A stretch of DNA of 62,515 nt, the filler included, from an uncultured bacterium (GTDB lineage Bacteria > DYJV01), in the NCBI GenBank assembly GCA_964543655.1. It is 4 parts of 4 records of this genome, joined end to end, with 100 filler letters (N's around TTAATTAATTAA, not from the genome) between each part and the next. Parts side by side here need not be neighbours in the genome. Positions count along the whole stretch, not along the records: positions 1 to 24,608 come from CAZIZE010000007.1; 3 more parts are not named here. One strand, 5' to 3'. Below the pieces are notes generated by a model, which was given only the letters and a program-made list of their open reading frames with translations, made no database searches and was not told the DNA's origin. Position numbers and translations under genes: made by a program. Positions 1 to 7,544 of this stretch are shown one piece after another. Each line of letters starts with the position of its first letter. Positions within the stretch are counted from its first letter, which is position 1.

Positions 1-461
1 ACATTTGCATATGGTGAGTTAATTACAGTTAATTGAAAATTTCCTTTTTTTTTAGCATAATTTAATATTTTTTTGTAAAAACTTAATAAATTAATATTAC
101 TGCTTACCTCATCAAAAAAATAACCATCTATGGGAAATTTGCAATAAAAATCTATTTTTTCTTTAATAACTTTAATAGATTTTTTACCACTATCTGTTGA
201 AATGTATGCTATGTTTAAAATGCCATTCTTTTTTAATTTTTTTATTGCAAATGTGTAATTGTCATTATCACAAATTATTCCCCAAATTACCACAGTTGTT
301 ATTGTTTTGGGAATTTTTAAAACTTTTCTCCAAATTTCTCCATTTTGATCAGAGGGGCAACTGTAAAGAGGAATTAATAGATTTATTTTGGCAAAAATTT
401 TAATATTAAGAATAAAAATTAAATAGAGGTATAGAGTTAAAATTGAATATTTTTTTAACAT
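1..461 (-). CDS. Spherulin-4 (spherulation-specific family 4, GH135-like) exported protein, runs off the window edge
   Basis: Not in the ORF track. Manual translation from ATG 461 is open to base 1: MLKKYSILTLYLYLIFILNIKIFAKINLLIPLYSCP...NIAYISTDSGKK...PIDGYFFDEV...TVINSPY. Hydrophobic N-terminus plus IPLY, YIST and DGxFFDE motifs typical of the family. Confidence 0.7.
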   Translation of the reverse strand, partial: MLKKYSILTLYLYLIFILNIKIFAKINLLIPLYSCPSDQNGEIWRKVLKIPKTITTVVIWGIICDNDNYTFAIKKLKKNGILNIAYISTDSGKKSIKVIKEKIDFYCKFPIDGYFFDEVSSNINLLSFYKKILNYAKKKGNFQLTVINSPYAN

Positions 462-496
462 TACAAAAGGCTAACTACCATAAAATTATTGTTATT

Positions 497-1765
497 TCAA
501 TATAAGAAACAGAAAGGATCTTTAAAATATGAAAAATTGATTTTAAGAGAATCGGTTACTGCAAGACAGCCTCTGCAAACTCTGTTAATAGGGCAATTTA
601 AACACTCTTGAGGAGGTTTTCTATATTTTTCTGCTTCTTCTGAAAAATATATAGTTTCAAAATCTTCCCTATAAACATTTCCAATGTATGAATGAAATTT
701 TCTACACGCATGAACTTCACCATCTGGAAGTATAGCTACAAAATTAAAAGCAGCTCCGCATCCAAAGTTTGTGCATCCACCAAAAACCTCATTATACTCT
801 TTGTACAAAACAATATTAATAAGGTTTTCTTTTAATCTAATTTTTTGATTTTTTTTAGCAAATTCCACATATTTATGTAAAAAATTCATAAATTCTTTTT
901 TATCAACCATTTCCAGATTTTTCCCTTCTCCAATAAGAGCAAGTCGATTAAAAGTGATACTATCAGTAAAGCTGTTAATTGTTGGTATGAGGTCAAAAAC
1001 TTCATTTATATTTTTTTTGTTCAATGTGAGCATTACATTTGAATAAATACTATACCTTTTTAATAATTTTAGGAAATCTATACTTTTTTTAAAATGACCT
1101 TTTCCCCTGATAAAATCGTTGTAAGATTTTAATCCCTCAAGACTAATTTGGTAAAATGAAGGCTTTTTTATTTCAACAATTCTTTTCAATTTTTCTTCAG
1201 AAACAGGATTGCCCAAAATACCAAGAGTAAAACCCATTTCATCTGCTTTTTCATACAGTTTAAAAAAGCTTTTATGTAAAAAAGGATTACCACCTGTGAA
1301 AGTAATTTGAGGCCAAAGAGAATATTTGAAACAGAACTTGAAAATTTTTTCCATTATTTTTTCTAACTTCTCCATGCTAAGCTCTTTTCTACTTGTCCTA
1401 TCATAACAGTGCTTACAATTTAAGTCACATCTATTGGTGATATGCCATTGGACATTGAAAACCTCTGGCTCAAGAAAATCATTTTTATATTCCTTTATTT
1501 TAAGAGGAAACTTTATAGGATCTCTTTTAATTAAAGGTTCTGATTTTATAATAAGATTTCTATCAAATGCTCTTTTCAAAAACCATAAAATAATTTTAGG
1601 TTTGATTTGGAATTTTCTGGCAATTTCAAGAGGATCTAAATTTTCAGCAATAATTTTTAAAGCAAGCAATTCCTCATTTGTTGTAAGTTTTAGTTCTGAA
1701 TTTACCTTTAAATAGTAGTTCTCCTTATGTTTATGTATTTCAAGAGAAGGGTTTAATTTAAACAT
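497..1765 (-). CDS. sbtM: Radical SAM/SPASM RiPP maturase, selenobiotic (thio/selenooxazole-forming) family
   Basis: QWHITNRCDLNCKHCY (CxxxCxxC), FTGGNP, and a SPASM Cys pattern (GGCTNFGCGAA...ACRKF...CLNCPINRVCRGCLA...DPFCF). Lies directly downstream of an SGUG peptide. The track start (1795) is inside a hairpin, so ATG 1765 is preferred. Confidence 0.8.
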   Translation of the reverse strand: MFKLNPSLEIHKHKENYYLKVNSELKLTTNEELLALKIIAENLDPLEIARKFQIKPKIILWFLKRAFDRNLIIKSEPLIKRDPIKFPLKIKEYKNDFLEPEVFNVQWHITNRCDLNCKHCYDRTSRKELSMEKLEKIMEKIFKFCFKYSLWPQITFTGGNPFLHKSFFKLYEKADEMGFTLGILGNPVSEEKLKRIVEIKKPSFYQISLEGLKSYNDFIRGKGHFKKSIDFLKLLKRYSIYSNVMLTLNKKNINEVFDLIPTINSFTDSITFNRLALIGEGKNLEMVDKKEFMNFLHKYVEFAKKNQKIRLKENLINIVLYKEYNEVFGGCTNFGCGAAFNFVAILPDGEVHACRKFHSYIGNVYREDFETIYFSEEAEKYRKPPQECLNCPINRVCRGCLAVTDSLKINFSYFKDPFCFLY

Positions 1766-1777
1766 TTTATAAAAGAA

Positions 1778-1800
1778 AAGGGATGCGAACTGCATCCCCT
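1778..1800 (-). promoter_or_regulatory. Candidate SECIS for the third UGA of sbtA; also intrinsic-terminator-like
   Basis: Minus strand reads AGGGGATGC-AGTTC-GCATCCCTT (9-bp stem). The loop starts 19 nt after UGA 1813-1811 and has G then U near its 5' side. A U-rich tract (TTCTTTT) follows. Confidence 0.6.
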
Positions 1801-1804
1801 ATTG

Positions 1805-2041
1805 TTAACCTCAACCACTACTTTCTTTTTTCATCATCTTACTTGAAGAATTATCTTTAGATTTATTATCAGATTTTGTGCTAACAGCACTACTGGATTT
1901 TCCGCCTCAACCTCCTCATCCACTTTTTGCAATAACTATCTTATCATTATCCAAATTTGTTGCATGCAAAAGATTGGCACCACCTATTAAACTAAATAGA
2001 CTTAATCCAGCTAAAAATTTTTTAACATTATCATTTTTCAT
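1805..2041 (-). CDS. sbtA: Selenocysteine-containing RiPP precursor (SbtA/selenobiotic family), 78 aa, 3 Sec
   Basis: SD GAGGTG, ATG 2041. Translation MKNDNVKKFLAGLSLFSLIGGANLLHATNLDNDKIVIAKSGUGGUGGKSSSAVSTKSDNKSKDNSSSKMMKKESSGUG, ending in TAA (1807-1805). In-frame TGA at 1918-1916, 1909-1907 and 1813-1811, each flanked by Gly. Adjacent to the rSAM maturase. Confidence 0.85.
1878..1890 (-). promoter_or_regulatory. Candidate in-frame SECIS hairpin for UGA codons 42/45 of sbtA
   Basis: Minus strand reads GTGCT-GTT-AGCAC. The GU-initial loop starts 21 nt after UGA45 and 30 nt after UGA42. Confidence 0.45.
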
Positions 2042-2063
2042 TTTTGTCACCTCTTGCATAATT

Positions 2064-2086
2064 TTCCCCCTCTATTAGAGGGGGAA
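2064..2086. other. Strong intergenic hairpin between the large cytochrome gene and sbtA
   Basis: TTCCCCCTCT-ATT-AGAGGGGGAA, a perfect 10-bp inverted repeat. No U-tract on the transcribed (minus) strand. Confidence 0.7.
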
Positions 2087-2094
2087 GGGAATTC

Positions 2095-4491
2095 CTACTT
2101 TTTCCCTGGTTTTGAAGGAGGAATACCTTTGGCAGGCTGAATACCTCTTTTAGCAAGTTCTTCTATAATTTTTTTCATCATTTCTAAGTGTTGTTTTGGA
2201 TCCAATGTGCCTTTTGTTGAAATTTTTTCCCACAATTTTGCCTGAGTCATACTCTGGTGACATCCCATACAGAGTCCTGACCTCATAATAGTATCAAGTT
2301 CCTGTTTATTAAAAGCTCTACTCATTGGCCAGTGTGTACCTACTGTGGCAACCTGAACCCCATCTCTTGTTACAATTTGAGACCAATCATATTTTAACTC
2401 TGGAATTCCAGGGATTTGAACTTTATATTTTGTAGGAATTACTTTATTGGTTTTAGCATTAATCAAGTCTTCAACAATATCTTTATCCCATTTCATAAAA
2501 GAACCGCCACCAATTCCAAGGCCAACTGTTTTTGGATTAGTATGACATGATTCGCATGTTCTTGCTTTCCTCTGAGCAGTATGTGGTTGAACAGGACTCA
2601 TATCAATTGCAAGAGGTACCTGTTTTTGTCCTAATTCTTTAGCCTCATCAAGGCTATATGCGATTTTATTATTAACAAGAACTTTTCCATCAGGACCAAT
2701 TACTGTATATGTAACCTGACAGCCTGGCATTAGAGGTGAAACTCTTCCTTCTCCATTGATTCCAAGCACAGGATCTTCCCATCTTAAGTATGATCTTGAT
2801 TCCATTGCTTTACCAAGAGATTTTACACCATTTGTCCCATAAGCAGCATCAGCTGTTTGGCCATGTTTGTCATGAGTATTTCCATTTGCAATCCAATCAG
2901 TATCCATCTTCATTTTTCCAGTTTTTTTATCTCTTTTAAAAGTAACTTTCACATGGCATCCATAACATTGTGGTACCCATGAAGCATGGCATGAATAACA
3001 CTCCATCTTGTCCATATGTTTAGCTACTGCTTCCATTGCTACTTTAGCAGAAGGATCTTTCCATTTATTCTGTAAAGAAAGATTTTTTAATACAGGAACA
3101 TGGAAATCGTTTCCTGTTGCAGAGTGAACAATTACTTCATTACCTTTTCTAACAACATTTCCAAGTGGATTACCTCTTGCTGAAAGAATAAAGCCATCTT
3201 CTGGTTTATATTGGAATCCAAATTGATCTTCAGGCGCAACTCTTTTTTTTGCAACTCCTCTTGGTTTGTTAGAAAGCTTTTTACCTGCTTCATCACCATA
3301 ACCAAGTGGCAATTCCCATGGATACTTATCTGGTCGACCATGGCAATCTGTACACTCTATTTCTACCTGACCTAAAGTAGTTGTATGAATATTGCCATCG
3401 CCATGCATTTCTATACTTGTGTGGCAGTCCTGACATAGCAGACCACCTTTAGGGTTCTCTTTCCTGCTCTGATATTGATGATGTAAATCATCTGAAATAA
3501 AAATATACTTTTTAGTATGGAGCTTTGGTTGCTTCATACCTTTTTTATTAAAAGGAGTACCATAAGGAAATTCCATTAAACCTTGAAATGAAACACCAAT
3601 TCTTTTTCCTCTATTGTGACAAGAATTACATGTTTCTACAGGTATACCACCAGTGTATCTTGTACCAGCAATTTTATGCCTTAATAAATGGCCTGGTTTA
3701 TCTTTTGGAATGGAAGGATCATTTCCTTCATAATATCCATCATTGCTGTAGAGAATATGACATGCGGAACATCCCATTCCTCTGTAGTCGCCTCTTTTCT
3801 CTCTTCCTCTTACACCAATATGACATCTCTGGCACTGCTGTCTTTGATAAACAATTCCAGCAAGTTTAGGATCTTTTATAACATCAGCCACTTTAACAGT
3901 AGGAAGCTGTTTTAATTTTTCAGGATAAATTTTAGGATACATCTGAATCATTTCTTTCATATATTTTTTATATTTATCCATTCCTACCATTGGCATTGAA
4001 CCGTCAAGATCCTCTGCATTATAGTTACCATAAGGATTATTATGATTTTGAACTTCTTTAAATCCCCAGGTGTGAAGGTTACCAGAAATTTTACCAGCCT
4101 CTGTGTTCATTAATCCAATTTTATTTCTATAAACGTATCCAACGTGACAAACTCCACAACTATTATCAGCAATCCAGATTGAACCAGGATCAGGATAGAA
4201 AGCCTTTGGACCAGGTGCTATTTTCAATGTTGCAGGAACACCTTTGTGTGCTTTATCCTTGTCTTTGGTCTCTTTTGGGTTACCACCGTGACAGATTACA
4301 CAGCCATCAGGATCGCCATGCATTTTACCATTGTTTAAAATTGCCTGCATCATTTTACTATCTTTTGGCATAATGTCTTCAATTCCTTTGTGACATTTTG
4401 CAGTTGTACACCCGCCGCCAGCATAAATAAAGTTAGCAAAAGATAGAAAAGAACAGATTGAAATAAAAATTACAAACCTTTTAAAACTCAT
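2095..4491 (-). CDS. Large exported multiheme cytochrome c (11 CxxCH plus one CX4CH)
   Basis: Signal peptide. Motifs CTTAKCH, CVICH, CGVCH, CQRCH, CSACH, CNSCH, CQDCH, CTDCH, CYSCH, CYGCH, CESCH, CMGCH. SD GGAGGGAG. Confidence 0.9.
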   Translation of the reverse strand: MSFKRFVIFISICSFLSFANFIYAGGGCTTAKCHKGIEDIMPKDSKMMQAILNNGKMHGDPDGCVICHGGNPKETKDKDKAHKGVPATLKIAPGPKAFYPDPGSIWIADNSCGVCHVGYVYRNKIGLMNTEAGKISGNLHTWGFKEVQNHNNPYGNYNAEDLDGSMPMVGMDKYKKYMKEMIQMYPKIYPEKLKQLPTVKVADVIKDPKLAGIVYQRQQCQRCHIGVRGREKRGDYRGMGCSACHILYSNDGYYEGNDPSIPKDKPGHLLRHKIAGTRYTGGIPVETCNSCHNRGKRIGVSFQGLMEFPYGTPFNKKGMKQPKLHTKKYIFISDDLHHQYQSRKENPKGGLLCQDCHTSIEMHGDGNIHTTTLGQVEIECTDCHGRPDKYPWELPLGYGDEAGKKLSNKPRGVAKKRVAPEDQFGFQYKPEDGFILSARGNPLGNVVRKGNEVIVHSATGNDFHVPVLKNLSLQNKWKDPSAKVAMEAVAKHMDKMECYSCHASWVPQCYGCHVKVTFKRDKKTGKMKMDTDWIANGNTHDKHGQTADAAYGTNGVKSLGKAMESRSYLRWEDPVLGINGEGRVSPLMPGCQVTYTVIGPDGKVLVNNKIAYSLDEAKELGQKQVPLAIDMSPVQPHTAQRKARTCESCHTNPKTVGLGIGGGSFMKWDKDIVEDLINAKTNKVIPTKYKVQIPGIPELKYDWSQIVTRDGVQVATVGTHWPMSRAFNKQELDTIMRSGLCMGCHQSMTQAKLWEKISTKGTLDPKQHLEMMKKIIEELAKRGIQPAKGIPPSKPGKK

Positions 4492-4611
4492 TTCTCCCTC
4501 CTAAGATTTTTAAAAATTTGTGAAAATAAATTTTCATATCACCTCCCTTCTTATAAAAGTTTGAAGTTCATAATCCAATGTTGAGAAGTAATTACACACA
4601 ATATTATGTAT

Positions 4612-5793
4612 TTATTTTGCATCATTTATTATTGGTAAAGCAATTTTAACAAGCATAGTGTATATTAAAAGCCCAGCAGCCCATATACCTATAACAATGA
4701 ATACTTCATTTAAAGTTGGCACATATTGAATAAAATCACCAATAGTTGAAGGTATGAACCCTGGAATTAGAAATCCAAGACCTTTTTCTAACCACACCCC
4801 GAGCACTGTGAAAAGGCATGCAATTATGAGAAAACTATTTTTAAATCTTAAAGGTGTTACAAATATAAAAACAGCAGACAAAATTAAAAGTATTGCAAGC
4901 CAAATCCATGGAGTTAATAAGCTTGAACCGTGCAGTCCAAGTAAAAAAGAAAGATGAATAGTATGAGTTGTTGAATGATAAAGTTCAGCAAAAATTTCAG
5001 AACCCATAAGAATAAGATTAATAATTAGGCTGACAGTTACTATAATTCTAATTCTATTAATTGCACCATCACTTATTTCAATTGCTTTACTCTTTTTCAA
5101 AATCATAAATACCAGAATCATAAATGCGGGACCTGCAGAAAAAGCAGATGCCAGAAATCTTGGTGCAACAATTCCTGAGTGCCAGAAAGGTCTTCCTACA
5201 AGAGCTTCAAATAAAAAACCTGTAACAGTATGAATTGATGGTGCCCATACAATAGAAAGAAACACAACAAAAATATAAAAAGATGTTTTTACTTCTAAGT
5301 GCCTATATTTTCGTGATAAATAGTGCCAACAAACAAAAAGATTAATTAAAAGATAGCCATTTAAAACAAGAACATCCCATGTTAACATTGACCTTGGCCA
5401 ATGAAATCTTCCTATTACCGGTATTAGATGCCATAGCCTATCAGGCCGACCAAGATCTATTGTAATAAAAAGCATGCACATTATAAGTGCAGCAATTGCA
5501 AATAGCTCTGCAAAGATAACAATTTTCCCCATATCTTTATCTTTAAAAACATATGCAGGAATTACCATCATCACAGCAGCAGCAGCCATCCCTACAAGAT
5601 AAACAAAGTTTGCTATATAGAATCCCCAGGAAACTTCATCTCCCATTCCTGTTGTATAAAGACCAAAAGCAAGTTGTTTAGCATAGCAATGTAAACCTAT
5701 TAAAACCAGGGTTAATAAAAACAATACCCAGATAATGTATGCTTTACTGCCATTTATTGTTGATTTTACAATATATCTTAAAACATCTATCAT
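4612..5793 (-). CDS. NrfD/PsrC/DsrP-family quinone-interacting membrane subunit
   Basis: About 10 TM helices; VSWGFYIANFVYLVG, DLGRPDR, SIHTVT and RFLASAF motifs. Confidence 0.88.
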   Translation of the reverse strand: MIDVLRYIVKSTINGSKAYIIWVLFLLTLVLIGLHCYAKQLAFGLYTTGMGDEVSWGFYIANFVYLVGMAAAAVMMVIPAYVFKDKDMGKIVIFAELFAIAALIMCMLFITIDLGRPDRLWHLIPVIGRFHWPRSMLTWDVLVLNGYLLINLFVCWHYLSRKYRHLEVKTSFYIFVVFLSIVWAPSIHTVTGFLFEALVGRPFWHSGIVAPRFLASAFSAGPAFMILVFMILKKSKAIEISDGAINRIRIIVTVSLIINLILMGSEIFAELYHSTTHTIHLSFLLGLHGSSLLTPWIWLAILLILSAVFIFVTPLRFKNSFLIIACLFTVLGVWLEKGLGFLIPGFIPSTIGDFIQYVPTLNEVFIVIGIWAAGLLIYTMLVKIALPIINDAK

Positions 5794-5811
5794 CTATTCC
5801 TCCCCTATCTT

Positions 5812-6735
5812 CTAAGCTTTTGAAAAAACATAGTATAATTGAGGTATTGTGCCCATCTCCTCTTTTAAAATGAAGACTCTTTCCTGCTCTATAATTCTTC
5901 TAACTTCACTTTTGGGATCCCTTAAATTTCCAAATTTTCTTGCACCAGTTGGGCAAACCTCAACACATGCAGTATATTTTCCTTTTCTTGTTCTTTGAAG
6001 GCAGAATGTGCATTTTTCCATCACATTGGTATATCTTGGCCTGTTGGATAGATATGCCATATCAGGATTAAGTTCATCAGATGGTATGTGTGGTTTTGCC
6101 CAGTTGAAACGTCGTGCATGATATGGACATGCTGCTTCACAATATCTGCATCCAATACACCAGTTATAATCTACTACAACAATACCATCCTTTTCCTTCC
6201 AGGTTGCTCCTACTGGACAAACTTCAACACAAGGAGGTTTTCTACATTGGTGGCATTGAATAGGCATGTACCAGTAATTGGGGTCAGCAGCTTCATTTTC
6301 TGGGTAATCGTGGCTTCCCTGTTCAAGGTTAATGGAGCCTTTTTTCATTTTCACAACTCTAATATATTGAATTTGAGGATTACGTGAAGTATTATTTTCT
6401 TTCATACATGCATAAACACATCTTCTGCAACCAATACATCTACCCACATTAATTACCATTGCAAATTCCACTGCATCAATAGGAGGGGGATCGTCTATTT
6501 TAACCTTTTTGTTATACTCTTTTCTTAATTTTTGCTCCAATTTTTTAAAAAGTACCTTTTTATCCTCTGGTGTCATTTCTTTATAATGTTTTTGGAGTAT
6601 TTCATCTATAGTTGGTACTTCAGCTGCTTTGGTTAAAGGAGAAAGAGCTGCTGCGCCAGCAAGTGTAACAGCTCCACCAACAGCAGTTGCTGTAATAAAT
6701 TCTCTTCTTGTTAATTTTTCTTTCTTTTTTTTCAT
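5812..6735 (-). CDS. Tat-exported 4x[4Fe-4S] protein (NrfC/DsrO/QrcC family)
   Basis: Twin-arginine signal LTRREFI. Four Cys groups: CIGCRRCVYAC, CHQCRKPPCVEVC, CIGCRYCEAAC, CTFC...CVEVC. Confidence 0.9.
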   Translation of the reverse strand: MKKKKEKLTRREFITATAVGGAVTLAGAAALSPLTKAAEVPTIDEILQKHYKEMTPEDKKVLFKKLEQKLRKEYNKKVKIDDPPPIDAVEFAMVINVGRCIGCRRCVYACMKENNTSRNPQIQYIRVVKMKKGSINLEQGSHDYPENEAADPNYWYMPIQCHQCRKPPCVEVCPVGATWKEKDGIVVVDYNWCIGCRYCEAACPYHARRFNWAKPHIPSDELNPDMAYLSNRPRYTNVMEKCTFCLQRTRKGKYTACVEVCPTGARKFGNLRDPKSEVRRIIEQERVFILKEEMGTIPQLYYVFSKA

Positions 6736-7389
6736 CTATTTTGCCCCTTTAATTTTGTTTGGAACAGGAAATGATAAAGAATATGGTGTATTCTCAAATA
6801 TATCAATAGGTTTTAACCTTATAAACTTTTTGTCCCATACTGGTGCTGGGTCAAAATTTCTAAATTTATATTTTGGAGAATGTGGATCATGGCAAAAAGT
6901 GCATTTGAAATTTGTCCTGTCAAATCTTCCTTTTACAATCCATTTCCCTCTTAAAGAACCGTGCATCCCATTTTTCCACCTTTTGTAAACAAGTCCATGA
7001 CACCTTGCACAGAGAAGCTCTACATTAAAATACATTATTTTAGAACCGTCATTATTAACATAGTTATTTCTGTCAGATTCAAGATGGCAATTGAAACATC
7101 TATTGTTTTTCCCATGATTTAATTTAACTTCTGGGTGAACAAATTGAACAGGAAAATGAGAAAGTTGAGGTATTGAAGCCCACATAGCATGGCATACCCA
7201 GCAATTGCCCACAATAACAGCATGTTTCATTAAGTTTTCTCTTGGAAGCTCAGGATTGTACCATTTGGCTTTTAATTTTGGTATATTTTTTATTGGATTG
7301 GAGACTTTTTGCCCGCTAATTATAAAACTAATAAAAAGTATAATGCATAGAGGAATACCAATTATTAGCCATAAATTATTTTTATTCAT
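6736..7389 (-). CDS. Membrane-anchored tetraheme cytochrome c
   Basis: N-terminal TM helix; CWVCH, CFNCH, CARCH, CTFCH. Confidence 0.85.
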   Translation of the reverse strand: MNKNNLWLIIGIPLCIILFISFIISGQKVSNPIKNIPKLKAKWYNPELPRENLMKHAVIVGNCWVCHAMWASIPQLSHFPVQFVHPEVKLNHGKNNRCFNCHLESDRNNYVNNDGSKIMYFNVELLCARCHGLVYKRWKNGMHGSLRGKWIVKGRFDRTNFKCTFCHDPHSPKYKFRNFDPAPVWDKKFIRLKPIDIFENTPYSLSFPVPNKIKGAK

Positions 7390-7455
7390 AATTTCCGCCC
7401 TTAAAAAATTATTAAAACCCTGTTATAACTTTACACTTAAAAATAAAATTTAGCC

Positions 7456-7473
7456 ATACCGTAAATATGGTAT
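7456..7473. promoter_or_regulatory. Candidate 7-2-7 inverted-repeat operator in the divergent promoter region
   Basis: A-TACCGTA-AA-TATGGTA-T, near the middle of the 7390-7544 intergenic region. Geometry resembles NarL/FixJ-type sites, and a NarL-family regulator is encoded nearby. Confidence 0.4.
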
Positions 7474-7544
7474 TTTATTTTTCAGATAGATTTTTTGAAA
7501 AATTTAATGTAAATATAGAACACAATAAATTCAGGAGGGCACTA

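Noticed and set aside
1878-2078. Plus-strand 66-aa ORF from the track
   Set aside because: It is the antisense shadow of the sbtA precursor, which has the SD, operon orientation and family motifs.
4612-7389. Calling the module dsrJOP or qrcABCD
   Set aside because: Family-level similarity only. dsrM/dsrK and a QrcB-like subunit are absent and the cytochrome has four hemes, so no gene symbols were assigned.
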